From NCBI GenBank assembly GCA_964016885.1, contig OZ024740.1, positions 121,706,001-121,770,000 on the forward strand: a stretch of DNA of 64,000 bases. Reading direction: 5' to 3'. Source of the DNA: Eledone cirrhosa (lineage: Eukaryota). How positions within the stretch are numbered: the first letter of the stretch is position 1; each line of letters opens with the position of its first letter. The translations under genes were made by a program, and so were the position numbers. This document shows positions 12,199 to 26,554 of this stretch, one piece after another. The notes under the pieces are model-generated. The model did not search any database. It had not been told where the DNA came from and saw only the letters and a list, made by a program, of their open reading frames with translations.

Positions 12199-12258
12199 GC
12201 TGCTGCTACTACTACTACTACTACCGCTGCTGCTGCTGCTGCTGCTGCAACTGCCGCT
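12019..12258. repeat. Compound trinucleotide microsatellite (CTT)n(TTA)n(CTC)n(CTA)n(CTG)n
   Basis: Directly visible. Confidence 0.97.
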
Positions 12259-13433
12259 AGTTCTACTTACAATGATATTAATGTTTACTTCATTTATGTA
12301 TCGTAACTTTTCAAAATTTATGAATTTCCTTATATTTACAGTAAAATGCATCAAGCAACATTGTTATAACTAATATGTTATACTTTATTTTTTATGGCTC
12401 TTAATCTTGATCCGCATTAGTCTTACAAATTATTGAAGTTTAATTTTTAATGAAATGTCCGTGTTTGATAGACCAGTAGTAACCAATAGAGGTATTGCAT
12501 CAATTAATAGATATGTATTCAAGCCAACGTTTGAGATCTTGTTTCATTCTTAGCAATTTCTATTTAATCGCTCCAAAACCTTAAATAATTATTGGATAAC
12601 TATGATATTATTTACCATCTGTAACCTCTAGCAATAAATAAAAGAATCTAACATTAAATTGCATTAGAAAACCAATAAAACTTGATATATACTTATTCTT
12701 TTATACAATATACAGGCAATTTATTACACCATTTTCCTAGTGCACCATGCACAAATAATGTGAACTGTAATTTATTTCACGATTTTAGAAAGATTTTGTA
12801 TTTTCAGGATGCATCTTAAAACCTAACAGACACATTGCTATTTTTCTCCAACAAACAGGCAATAGTAGAATGAATGAGCGGGCACAACTGGTTCCTCGCC
12901 AAAATAAAATATTTTGAAAATACTCAGGAATATAGTCTAGATAATGGGAAAAATTTCAAGTGTACTTTCAAGCGGAAATTCGATGTGATCAATATCACTA
13001 GCAAGGTATATAATGATCTAAACGACAACGAAATGTAATAATTTGGTTTACTTTACAGAAATACATAGTACGAGAGCATCCTAAACTCAATGTTATGAAT
13101 AAAATACGAATGGTATATAAAGGACACGTTCGACAACATACAGTTAAAATATTTCATTTTTAAAATATTAGATTTGAAGCTATATTATTTAAAACGGAAT
13201 CTATTGAAACTTACATCAAAAAACCTATGCAGTATGCACGCAAGAAGGACAACGTCTTCCTGCATAGCTAAAAATACATATATTGTTTATGGGTTTAGTT
13301 TAAGAAGATCCCGTTAATGTTGAAATCAGCGATTCTTTGCTTAAACTTTCTTTCTTTCTCAACCCCTCTCCCTTTTTTATCATACCCTCTCTCTTTCGCT
13401 CTTCCTCTACAGAATGGAGAACAATAAAGAACG

Positions 13434-13507
<74 letters not shown>

Positions 13508-14099
13508 ATTATATTGTACCTCCCTCTGTATAACGACCTATCTCACTCTTTCTCTCTTTACATCTCCCTTTATCTCTTTAGATGTATATATATATATGTG
13601 TGTGTATATATATGTGTGTATATATATAGAGAGAGCGAGTTGCAACATGTATGTAGTTTCATAGATTTTTGAGGGTAGTGAGAATGAAAATATAAATAAA
13701 TTTACCTTAGAATAACATAACAAATATATTTTAAATATATACATAAATAACATTACAAATGCCTCGGTAACACTACATAGGATGATACAATGAAATATAT
13801 ATTCCTTCAATGCTACAATATTAAAGAAAATGTAAAGGAAGGGGTGAACAACGGAGCCAACACCAGAGCAAAAAACAGCATTGTCACGAGTACTGGGCAA
13901 CCTCTTTAATGACTTTAGAGGCAAGCCAGCACAATCGCAGCGTTGCCTCAGGTGATGGTGAGGCTGAAGCGTTGAAATATTGTTTTAAAATACTTTTTAA
14001 TGGAAATGAAGCAAAATGGAAGCTTAATGTTTAAACTTCGAACTCATGAATTTTGCAGGTTAATATTTGGCTGGCCCGAAAACTGTTCGCGTATTTTTG

Positions 14100-14385
14100 A
14101 ATGCGTAGTTTCTTCGTAACGTAAATAGATAAACAAATTACGCCATAAAAGGGAAATAACTCGTCTCTCATCTCTATTTATACATTTGAACTGAAAAATC
14201 AATACATTAAAAATTCGATTTTGGCACTTGGCGTGGGTCGATTTGACAAATGTTTTGACCGATGTCTCCGCCGGACCTTCATCTATAAGTGTAGCAATTT
14301 CACCGAAATTTGAACTTACTGTTTAAGAGATGTGTGCCTACAGTTTTAGTAAACAGACAGACAACCTCAGTTTTATATATATAGA
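14100..14385 (-). mobile_element. Non-autonomous Helitron, 5' part
   Basis: Minus strand starts TCTATATATATAAAA then (GTCT)n; about 280 bp shared with 15250-15535. Left boundary uncertain. Confidence 0.7.
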
Positions 14386-14388
14386 TTA

Positions 14389-15535
14389 CTAGCAGAGGTA
14401 CCCGGCGTTGCTCGGGTATTAAATAGCAGTTATGTATACCATTTATGTCAATATTTCAGTGCTACTTCGAAAACTATACTTTTACAAAATCATCGGCTTT
14501 TTCCAAAATGGGGTTCCTGCCCCCAGGGGTCCCCTACTCAATATGTGCCAATTCTGAGAGTTCACATTCATCTGTAGAACAAACGTAGCCCATGTATCAA
14601 GTTTTGTGTAAATCGGTTTCGAACTCCAGAAGTTGTGACGTTTTGTTGCATTGCACTGCAGTGCTTCAGTCGACTCCAAGGAAGTGGTTAAATGTGGTTA
14701 TCTGCCGGGAGGCTCTGTAATCAATATCTGGAAAGATGAAAGAGCCCATGACCATCCGGAGTACATAAGTAACCCATGTCTTAAGTTTGGTGAAAATACT
14801 GTAGAAATGCATAAGACTTACACACACACGCGCGCGCGCGAGCACGTGTGTGTGTGTATGTATTTGCATGTGTGTATGTATATGTATGTGTTTGTTCGTC
14901 GGCGCATACGTATGTACTGGCCTAAATCTTCACTATTTACTTTTACTATGTTAAGGCAAAGTTAAAATCCTGTCGAGGTTAACTTTGCCTTTCATCCTTA
15001 CGGGGTCGATAAAATGAAGTACCAGTAATGTACTGGTTGATTGCTGGCCTTGTGCCAAAAGCAGAAATAACTACTTTAATAACCTGACATTTTCGTTTAC
15101 AATTTTCTTTACATCATTCTTAAACTTCGGGGCTGGAAATCATTCGGTTATTTTAAATAGAATATTAGTCTCACGACCCCATTTACACCATAAACTGGGA
15201 ATTTGTCTTTGCATAACATTTTTCTTCTCGGTCCACCGCGTCGTTTATACGTAACATAAATAGATAAGCAAATGACGCCATAAAAGGGAAATAACTCGTT
15301 TCTCATCTCTATTTATACATTGGAACTGAAAAATCAATACATTACAAATTCGATTTTTTCACTTGGCGTGGGTCGATATGAAAATGTTTTTGGCCGATGT
15401 CTCCGCCGGACCTTCATCTATAAGTCTAGCAATTTCACCGAAAATTGAACCTACCGTTTAAGAGGATATGTGTGCCGACGGTTTTAGTAGACAGACATTC
15501 AGACAGACAGACAACCTCAGTTTTATATATATAGA
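14389..15535 (-). mobile_element. Non-autonomous Helitron with a nested SINE fragment at about 14950-15070
   Basis: 5' TC at 15535; 3' hairpin cccgagcaacgccggg followed by CTAG at 14392-14389. Confidence 0.78.
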
Positions 15536-16052
15536 CTAGCAGAAAACCACCCGGTGGGCGGTTTTCAGCTAGCAAATCTAGTGTATATACTGATATTGTT
15601 GAGATTTGGATGAGAAATATTTTCTGCACCACATGTTCACCGTCTCTCGGTGTGTCTTCTTTTATGCATGTATAAATATATATGTTATCTATACGGTGAA
15701 ATCTTTGAAATAAATATATGTTAAAACGAAAAAGGAGAAAAAGAGATTAGTGACGGAAATATAAACGTTATGATACATAAACGTTATGATATAACGATGG
15801 AAATATATAAACGTTTACGATAAAACGATGGAAATAGAAACGTTTATATACAATGATAAGCCGAAACATTCGTAAGCCGAAACACTCGTAAGTCGAAACA
15901 CTCGTAAAGCGAAACGTATAAATAAAGATTAATGTAATGAAATTGAAAAGCATAGAGATTTGAAACCGCGTCTATTTGATTCCTTGGCATTTTTTACAGA
16001 CGGACAGACAGACAAACAAACAGAGAAATGCCCATTATATATTATAAGTAGA
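15536..16052 (-). mobile_element. Non-autonomous Helitron, second family
   Basis: 5' TCTACTTATAATATATAA plus (GTCT)n at 16052; 3' hairpin aaaaccgcccaccgggtggtttt plus CTAG at 15539-15536; internal AAACG-rich short repeats at 15760-15920. Confidence 0.75.
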
Positions 16053-16289
16053 CTTGGCATGGTGTCAAGTCAGAACCGCCTCGAACTGGTTACTTCTGGC
16101 TTGTGCAAGGTGTCTCTATAGCAACCAGCGATTCCCTCGGCCTCAGTGACCAAAGTCAGTGGAGAGGGGAAGGTAATGTTTCTATAGCGACAGTGTTTCT
16201 CTTGGTAGTACCAAAGTGGAGAAAGGAAGGGGAAGGTAATATTTCTGTAGCACCTACATTTGAGTTTAGGGAAGGACAGACATACAGAC

Positions 16290-16314
16290 ACACAGAGAAA
16301 TGCCCATATATTTC

Positions 16315-16363
<49 letters not shown>

Positions 16364-16893
16364 CACACACAGAAATGTATATATATTTCTGTGTGTGTGT
16401 ATATATATATATATTACACACACAGAAATGTATATATATTTCTGTGTGTATATATATATATATTACACACACAGAAATGTATATATATTTCTGTGTGTAT
16501 ATATACATATATTACACACACAGAAATGTATATATATATTTCTGTGTGTATATATATATATATTACACACGCAGAAATGTATATATATTTCTGTGTGTGT
16601 ATATATATATATATATTACACACACAGAAATGTATATATATTTCTGTGTGTATATATATATATATTACACACACAGAAATGTATATATATTTCTGTGTGT
16701 ATATATATATATATTACACACACAGAAATGTATATATATTTCTGTGTGTGTATATATATATATATATTACACACACAGAAATGTATATATATTTCTGTGT
16801 GTATATATATATATATTACACACACAGAAATGTATATATATTTCTGTGTGTATATATATATATATTACACACGCAGAAATGTATATATATTTC
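16290..16893. repeat. Hairpin minisatellite, about 38-42 bp unit, about 14 copies
   Basis: Unit ttacacacacagaaat-gtatatat-atttctgtgtgt(at)n; each unit is self-complementary. Confidence 0.95.
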
Positions 16894-16990
16894 TTAGAAC
16901 AAAATTATTATTAATGTTTTGCTGTTCATAACAATTGGAATTGAAAAATTACTTTTGAAATTATTAGTTATTTTACTAATCAATGTTTCT

Positions 16991-17182
16991 AATAATTGTT
17001 TCTACTTTTGGCACAAGGCCAACAATGACCCAGTACATTACTGGTACTTTATTTTATCGACCCCATGAGGATAAAAAGCAAAGTTAACCCCGGCGGTATT
17101 TGAACTCAGACCGTAAAGGGACGTAACCCCATGCTATGAAGCATGGTGTCCGACTCTCTACAGATTCTGTCAATCCACCGCC
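16991..17182 (-). mobile_element. tRNA-derived SINE with Meta-type central domain
   Basis: B-box gagttcaaatacc; tttatcctcatggggtcgataaaataaagtaccag core; homologs elsewhere in the window. Confidence 0.85.
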
Positions 17183-17767
17183 CTAATGTCTGTACGTAAT
17201 GAGGGAGTGAGAGGGGAGAGAAAGAAAGGCAGAGGTGAAGTGACGAAGTGACTCTCTGCTCCTCCTCCTCCTCCATCTCCCCATTCGTTACAGCCATAGA
17301 GGGGAGGAATGTTAGTGTGTTACAAAGAGAAAGAGTGAGAGTGAGAGAAACAGACAGACTAAAAGAGAGGGATAGCTGGAGAGAGAGAGAGAGATAGCAA
17401 CCACGCGCGCACGTGTTTACACTGTCGGACAGACAGACATAGAAATTGGTGGTTATATATTATATGGAGATATATATTCATATTACCTGCCCTCCTCCCT
17501 CCTACCTCAAGTATCGAGTACGCTGGCGCCTAATGGTCTAACTGTTTTTTTACGAATTCCATTCTGCCCGTCTTACGTGTATACTAAAATACAATTTGTC
17601 ATGTACGTATTATTGACCAGCTGCTTAAGTTGAATAATGTATACTTTCCATATATTTCACTTCAAATAATATAGCTTCAAATCTAATATTTTAATAATAA
17701 AAGAATGTCGACACGGCCAGAGAACAGCCGTCGGTATCGTGAATATTTCACACACACACACACACAC

Positions 17768-17824
<57 letters not shown>

Positions 17825-17825
<1 letters not shown>

Positions 17826-18020
17826 AAGTGGTTATACAACAGTTAGTTCACCATACCGAGAACAATTGTTTCAACTTAGCGGATCCTCAGTTCGTAATGG
17901 GCATGGTTATAGGAACAGGAAGCTTCCTGTTCCTATAGCCATGCCCATTACGAGCTGAGTATCCTATAATGTGAAACAATTGTTCTCGGTATGGTGAACC
18001 AACTGTTGTGTAACCACTTC
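17825..18020. repeat. Loop-less palindrome of a PLE pseudo-LTR with a minimal HHR in each arm (17857-17894 minus; 17951-17988 plus)
   Basis: Centre ggaag|cttcc at 17922/17923. Consensus with 58910-58947: cgag-CUGANGA-ucc..-GAAAC-aauu-GUU-cucg; every copy has at least one defect. Confidence 0.8.
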
Positions 18021-18084
18021 TACCTAACTCGTCCCATGGACTGAGTGCTCTACCACTACGGATATTACCTTCCAGTGTTCCACC

Positions 18085-18597
<513 letters not shown>

Positions 18598-19066
18598 CAT
18601 ATATATGCTCTGGCCGTTTCGACATTCTTTTATTTAAAAAATATTAGATTTGAAGCTATATTATTTGAAACGGAAATGTATGGAAAGTATACATTATATA
18701 ACTAATGCAGCTGGTCAATAATACGTACATGACAAATTGTGTTTTAGTATGCATGTAAAAATATATTTATATAAACACACACACACACACACATCATATA
18801 TACACACTTCCCTCTTGCCCCTTACTCACTTCCCTCTTCCCCTTCTCTTCATACCTCCTTCTTTCTCTTTTATCTAGTGTATAAAATATTTTCATATCAT
18901 TCCAATGCAAAGGTCTGACGACATGGTGTGTTTGCTTGCAGTGTAGCTTCGGTTTATGATAATATTTTTATTATTATTCAAATAGCGAGGTATAGGTAAC
19001 CCATACACTATAGAAACAATTGTTACCCAATAAATTCTTTATACCTGCATTTCCGTTTCATAAACT

Positions 19067-19157
<91 letters not shown>

Positions 19158-22100
19158 GAGAGAGAGAGAGAAAATGTCAGCAATATTTATTATAACAAAC
19201 TAAGAATATTCAGCATATGTAGTTGAGGTTTATTAGCATGTATTAGTTATTATTAGTTATTATTAATAATTTATTTAGGGTTTTAATTCAATGCTTACGG
19301 TAAATATTTGGTTTTGAGAGAGAGAGAGACAGAGAGGGTGGTAAAGAGAGAAAGAGAGAAAGACAGAGAGAGGGAATGTGTGAATGTCTGTGAGAGAGAT
19401 TGTGTGTGTGTGCGTGTGTGAAAGAGAGAAAAAGGTTGGTATAATCCCGACTGCGGCGCCAAACAGTTTCGGGTTTTGTGTTCAGCAAGACTTTTCATGT
19501 ATATATTCTCTTTCTCTTTCCCTTTCTGTACGTATCGACATACATATTTGTGACAACGTGTATCTGCGTGCGTAAAACATGGGTTTCTGATCAAAGAACA
19601 ACGTAACACATGTATTAAAATTGATATTGTATGATTGAGGGAGATAAGGTAACTAAAGGAAGCAAGAATAAGATAAATTTGGGATACGCAGCAATCGTAA
19701 TAGTAACGGATACAACTGTTTTATATGGAAATTAGAATGATTATATATATCTAAAATTTTGTAGATTTTAAGTAAAACAGATAATGAACTTCTAACAGAA
19801 AATATAATGGTTCATTTGAGGCAGCAATGAAAATGAGATGATGCCTGTAAAATATTAAACTTTTTATAACTATATAACACAAGAATATGTATTTTATTAT
19901 TCATTTCATTTAAATTAAGTAGAACACAAGTAACTCTTTCTCATAAGCAAAGAACAGTGATGTTAAATATACATTTTCTTCTTCATGCTCAGAATAAATA
20001 TATTTCTAGGAAATTTAATTGTTCATGACAATGATGACCGTTGCCAAGAAATATATGTTATTAGAAATCGAAACGAGGAATGGATATATTGCTTCTGTTT
20101 TTTTTAGGGTCCACATCCTACCTAAAGGTCTGCAAGGTAGCAAATATAGAACAAATAAGGAGCAGTCATATAACGGTGGACGAATTTGAACTGGATAACT
20201 TCTTTTATATTAGAGAAACGCGAATAGATACATTTCAAGCTTGAAATTAATGAATATTAACAATAAACATAGGCATCTGAAACTAGTAAAATCGGTGGAG
20301 TATTTTTATGCCTTACAACAATCACGCCGGGCCCCATTTTATAAGAGATGAAAAAATACAGAAGTGCACCCGAAATCTGGCAATGTCAACAGATGATATG
20401 GATAGAATTTATAGACTTCTCGAAATGTTCAGGAGTAGATAATATGTGATGTTTAATTTTTTTTTAATTACAGGTTTTCGAGCCTCTGTTTTAATGACAT
20501 GTGATGCTCATATTTTCAAGATCACTGTTTATGTAAACAATAGTACAGCACTAGCGTGTTCCTGTTGCGTAATCACAGGACAACATTCTAAATTAACAAT
20601 TTGTGTAACATGTTTCTTAATTCATTGTTTAATGTTATTTATTATTGTTTTATAACAGTAGGGACGTTATGTTACCATTATTTCTAATAAGGAAAACAAC
20701 TCCACTATTGGAATTATGGCATTATATATTTCAATAAAACTTATAATTTTAGTAAAGAGATTTAAATCCCTCCTACAATATTCCACGAAGAAAACAATCG
20801 TCGAACCGAGTTCTTCCTGAAGTAAAAGACGGAGGATTCAAGAAAACATAAAAACCCTGAAATCTGAAATCTAGTAATAGAAAGGGAAATGAAACACAGC
20901 AGGAGTGTAGCAGTATTATATGGAGGTGCAGAACATAACATACGTCGCAATTTTGTGACAACAAACTATATTATTTTTTCACTTTCAATGCCACTTTAAT
21001 TCCACTTTCCCACCTTCACTCCTTTTACTCGCGTCAATTTGTAAAATACTGACTGACATACCACACTCTCTCTCTCTTTCCTCTCTCAGAAACTGATAGA
21101 AAATCCCTCTCATTTCCTCTTTTTATGTATTTGTATGCATGTCCATGTGCCAAGGTACGTGTATGTATGTATATATAAATATATATATATATATACATGT
21201 GCGGTGGTGGTGGTGGTTGGGGGGGGGGGGGGGGCTGTCGAAATTGAAGTCGATAAATGGGTTTCAAGAATGAAAGCTGTTGGGAAATATTTGGAACACT
21301 CCAACCTGCTTCAGCGTAATTGCAGTCACACATAAAGTGCAATAATTATCGTTCCTGCTGTGCAGCACTCGGCAGCAAACCGATACGTTTACTTGTTTAA
21401 ATATATTTCCATTTAAACATTTTCGTTCACGAAATATCTGGGCGGTCAGGAAAGGTGTATGTAAATGATGATGAATAGCAAATCTGTTCTAGATTTATAT
21501 ATATTTTACTATACCAGAGACTAGAGAATGTAAATTAAATAACTTAATGAAGTAACTTTCCACAGATACAAATATCCACAGAATAAATTATCACAACGGA
21601 TTCATTGAAAAGTATACCTAACTTGAAACTGGCGCCATGATTTCGGTATATATTGTTACCACAACATGAATCATACATAACAGCGCAAATTTACAACTAA
21701 AAAAAATATATTTATTTTGATATATAGTAAAAAGGTATCCAAGTATTCCAGAATGAATTTAAATAGATAATTTACACACCAGTCTGAATCATTATGGTAA
21801 TCCATTAAAAAACTATCAAAAGCATATCTAAAAACTATTCAAGAAAATACATCTAATACATGTACATAATATATGGATGATAGGTTTTCATTGTTCGGAA
21901 GAAGTGGAGAGTTGCTTATATGGAACAGTTTTACATGACAATGACAAGGAGAGAGAAAGGAAAATCTAGAAAAATTGACTTCGATAGAAGAGATTAAAAA
22001 AACCGTACGTATTTTCTGCAATAGCTCCATTGGTGGAAAGGCAAAACAGATGGAAAAAGAATGAAAGAATATTGCTTAACGAGATTTGAAAAAGTGGCGG

Positions 22101-22209
22101 TGAGATTAGCGGAAAAGAATTGTTGATAATTGTATACACACACTTAAAAAACAGAATAGTCTCTGTCGTTCGAAGAGGCCGAACAAAGAGACAATGAGAG
22201 AGAGAGTGG

Positions 22210-22265
<56 letters not shown>

Positions 22266-22643
22266 GGAGTAAGACGAACATAGAGCGATAGACGAAGGGA
22301 TTGTATCACAGTGTTCCTGGAGAATATTATTTTTTCAAAATAGTTTGATACGAGATCCTGGCTATTTTCTTTTCACTTTTTTTTTTCATTATGTAGAGCA
22401 AAAACATCTACTAGAATACAATGTTATTGTTGCTACAATATCAGAAATGTCTGCGACTAGCAAGACAGGCACAGCACACCACATCAAAACAACAGCAATG
22501 AACTTATTTTTTTCAAAGCGGTTATCTTTATCATATCTTTCATTAATGTAATGTATTGATGCAAGCTGAACTATAATAGTTATAATGAAAGGAACCCCAA
22601 AGGAGAAAGGTGTTGTATATTGATTCAGTACAAATGATATATC

Positions 22644-22761
22644 AGATGCAGACGTTACTATAATTTTATATAGTAGTACATTACTGTTGTATATAAATAT
22701 ATATATATATATATACAACAGTAATGTACTTCTATAAACAATTATAGTAACGTCTGCATCT
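22644..22761. repeat. Palindrome centred on a short (TA)n
   Basis: agatgcagacgttactataatt...aattatagtaacgtctgcatct arms of about 50 bp. Confidence 0.9.
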
Positions 22762-22872
<111 letters not shown>

Positions 22873-22877
22873 GTCAT

Positions 22878-23160
22878 ATTGCTTAGTGGTTAGGGCATCG
22901 GGCTTACAACCATGATGGCTCTGTGTTCTTGAACAATACTCTTTATTTCACGATGTTCCAATTTACTCAACTGCAGAAATGAGTTGCGATTACTGGTGCC
23001 AAATTGTATCAGCGTTTACCTTTATTTTGGACAACATTGGTGGCGGGATGAGGGAAGGCGGGTATGCATGGGTGACTGCTGCTCTGCCACAAACAACCTG
23101 ACACGGGCTGTTGCCCATAGGACAAACCACTAGGTCATTCATGACTGAAGGTTGCCTTTA
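22878..23160 (+). mobile_element. tRNA-headed CORE-type SINE, diverged
   Basis: A-box gcttagtggttagg; tgtgttcttgaacaatactctttatttcac core; homolog at 25345-25480. Confidence 0.65.
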
Positions 23161-23264
23161 CTTTTTATATACATCGGGGCGATGGATGGTATGTATGTAT
23201 GTATGTATGTATGTATGTATGTATGTATGTATGTATGTATGTATGTATGTATGTATATATTCTA

Positions 23265-23628
23265 GGAGAAGGAAAACTCTGATATAACACCTGCAACCCT
23301 GATGGTATCCAATGATGTTGCCTTGTTCTTTTTTGGTAAATATCATCTTGGTTAAGAGAGTGGGAGTGGCTTTGTGCAGTGCCTTTGCTCACTATAAAAG
23401 CTTCACAGCACAGGCATTGCTTTATATCTGGAGATCTCTCTTCACTTGTCGTCACATGGTACCATGGGCCCAGCACTATGTGTCAATAATTGTCACAAGT
23501 GTAGTGTTTGTACCAGAGTTTTCAAGTCGCTGGCTGGACTAAAAAGTCACACTCGTTCAGCGCATCGGTAGGGGTTCTCCTACATGGATATAAACTAGTG
23601 GCCGTACTCGAAAGCGTGTTGGCAGCCA

Positions 23629-23631
<3 letters not shown>
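23265..23631 (+). mobile_element. Internally deleted RTE-clade element (5' UTR piece joined to 3' end)
   Basis: ggagaaggaaaactctga resembles an RTE 5' UTR motif; terminal C2H2 finger [23 protein letters not shown] at 23500-23571; short 3' UTR then (TA)n. Confidence 0.6.
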
Positions 23632-23724
<93 letters not shown>

Positions 23725-25344
23725 GTATACATGATGGGTATGCATGTTTCAATATATATAAATAAATACATGTATATGTGTGCGTGCATGTGCGTCCGTG
23801 TGTGTATGTATGGGAGGGGGGCGTGTGTGTTTGCAGGATATATAGCGTGAATGCGTGCAGGGAATCTCTACGTGTTGCGTATGTGTTACGTTTCCGTGGA
23901 GAAACAAAAATATACAACTAGAACATGATAACGTACAATAGCTAAAACAAAGAGGGGTTAAAGCGGTGTGTTGAATGAATTCACAACGTGGAAATCATAT
24001 ACCAGCTCTGATTGAGACTAATTTCTTGACATAGCACTTCAACAATAAAAACATTTATTTCATTACTTTCTGTTAGACACGCAGCTTTGCACAAACGTGT
24101 TTAATTGTTGATGTCCCACAAGAATAGAGCCGCTTTAAAAATTTACTTGCTGAAGTGATAACGACAAAATATTTATTATAAGCTAAATTAGAATTCCTTC
24201 TGGACAGTAATAGATTTCTAAACAGCCCTTACTATACAATTATTGTTAATAAACACCTTTTAGATTATTTGTTGCGTTTGGAAAAGAAAACATACTATGT
24301 TGCTTTAATTTGTTTCGATATTCATATGTAATTAAATCAAAATTAATTATAAACCCTTTGTAGCCACTAATAATGTGAAAATAACTTACTCTGTTGTATG
24401 TTGCATGCATATATTTGTTGAAAATCTATGATGTTTTTTTGTTATTGTTTAGCACCTGGTCCTTCCTGATCCAGAAAAAAAAACATTTCAAAAATTGATT
24501 ATAACACTCGTTTCCAAATGAAATATATATTTGGAAATATTATTCTGTTTCCTTCCCTGTTTAAAACATTGGAGATTATTTAAAACGCATATGGATTATA
24601 TTTCTGACAGATAATGCACCATAAATGCATCTTTGTTCGTTTGTTGTATTTGTTGTAATTTTGGGTGTTTCTATTGTTTAGTTCCAGTGAGCAATGAATA
24701 CATACACCAATGATCAAAAGAGCCTTCGCCCTGACCAACTCATCGTTTTTTTATTAGGCATAATATATCCCGGAATATCTTATACAAAATATCCTTCCCT
24801 TCTCAGGATGTTAGCATGTTATTTCAATGGGATTTGACAGAACTTTCTAGCACCTGTTTTATCAGCTGATAATCTATATATATTTGTATATTACTGATCT
24901 TCTGAATAAATATTTCCGATGTTGGAGAACGTTTGTTTAAACTGTGCCACACAAAATGTTTTATACAACGAGAATAGTTCCTTTTGAACACTATGTCTTC
25001 TTTTAAATGCTCTTGTCTGTAGTTTCGTCTAACGCTTCTATATTTTATGCATACACAATGTAGTGCTACAATGTTCATGTGTAGTTGTTACATTTATTCT
25101 TGTTTAGTTCATAACAAGCCTAATTAAGATGTTTTATGATCACAGCCGCCTGAGCTATTAGCACACCGTCCTTTATCAAGCACATTTTCTTCATTGAAGA
25201 ATGCGTACTTTAATTTTTAAATGAATTAAACATTTCTTTGCTCTTCAAGTTATTCATTCGAAGAAATTAAAGTGGAATGCTATACAATCTAGGTTATGCA
25301 GATACTACCGTTCGGAAATTTATCAATATTAACATTATCTAGTG

Positions 25345-25480
25345 AAGGCGTGTGGCTGATTGGTTAGAGAACTGGATTCGCAATCGTGAGGTTGTCAGTT
25401 CGATTCCCTGATCGGGCGATAAGTTATGTCATTGAGCAAGACACTTTATTTCACGTTGCTCCTTCTACCTTCAGTTGCGA
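25345..25480 (+). mobile_element. tRNA-headed CORE-type SINE
   Basis: A-box tggctgattgg, B-box agttcgattcc, tgtcattgagcaagacacttta core. Confidence 0.75.
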
Positions 25481-25793
25481 GCGATATATAGTATTAACAA
25501 TTGGAGGGACCAACGGAAACATTGTTTGCTCGGTCCGATTTGACGAAAGCTGATCGACTTCCTCCCTAACATTATCTTCTCTAATTTCTGATAAATCCCA
25601 ACTTCTACACCTGTATCAGAAAGAGTAAGTAATGCATAAACTTTATCGCAAAATCTTATACCTGCTGGAACATGTATCTTGTTTACATATATATTTGTGA
25701 TATATTAAAATATGGGGTTCTCTGAGTTCAACACTTTTAAACATACTTTTAGTTAATAATGTTTATTATGAATAAATGAATTAATTTATAAAG

Positions 25794-25828
<35 letters not shown>

Positions 25829-26214
25829 CTTCTTCTTCTTCTTCTTCTTCTTCTTCTTCTTCTTCTTCTTCTTCTTCTTCTTCTTCTCCTTCTTCATCTT
25901 CTTATTATTATTATTCTTCCTCTTACCTCCACCATATCCCTAATTTAATATTTCCTGATGAAGAAGCGGCGTTCAAGTATTTTTCTCGGGTCCTACACTT
26001 GGGTCTTATTTCCTGAGACATTCTAACCACATGAATTTATTTATCTAAATTCGAAACTATACAATCAATATTCAGTTGTTGTGAAGTTTAGTATCAGAGG
26101 AAACATAATACACGGATTATTTTCTTTTATATTACAGGTATCCTATTCGATAGCTTTCAACTCATAAGAATGTTATATGCAGTCAGTTGATGTTTCTTAT
26201 TATACCAGATTAGT

Positions 26215-26397
26215 AATAATTGATTCTACTTTTGACACAAGGCAAGCAATTTCCCAGTGCATTACTGGTACTTTATTTTATCGACCCCGTAAGGATGAAA
26301 GGCAAAGTTAATCTCGGCGGGATTTGAACTCAGAATGGCAAGGGCCGTAACTCTATGTGTCAAAGCATGGTGTCCGACTTTCTACCGTTACTTCCAA
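26215..26397 (-). mobile_element. tRNA/Meta-type SINE
   Basis: Homologous to 16991-17182. Confidence 0.85.
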
Positions 26398-26554
26398 TAT
26401 GTAAAATGACAAAAATATCTACGTTTCTTAATGTATTTACTAGCCTGTTTCATGCTAGTAATCGCAACGCAATAACAAAGCGGAGTCAAATAAATCTATA
26501 GTTTTCACACAACCTAAAGAATACATACCAGGTGGATTCATATATATATATGTA

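Noticed and set aside
12807-13005. Possible exon (ttttcag ... aag|gtat)
   Set aside because: Stops in all three frames and no partner exons; a UTR or lncRNA exon cannot be excluded.
16290-16893. CRISPR-like array of palindromic repeats
   Set aside because: No unique spacers, no cas genes, eukaryotic context.
20762-20950. Signal-peptide-like minus ORF MRRMLCSAPP.. in repeat-poor DNA
   Set aside because: Short, with no recognisable homology or good splice donor. 19.3-22.3 kb may be regulatory, but I cannot support this.
25948-26072. Long-stem-II HHR-like relic (similar weak relics at about 34258-34325 and 44655-44695, minus)
   Set aside because: The cleavage triplet or stem I is too decayed to call.
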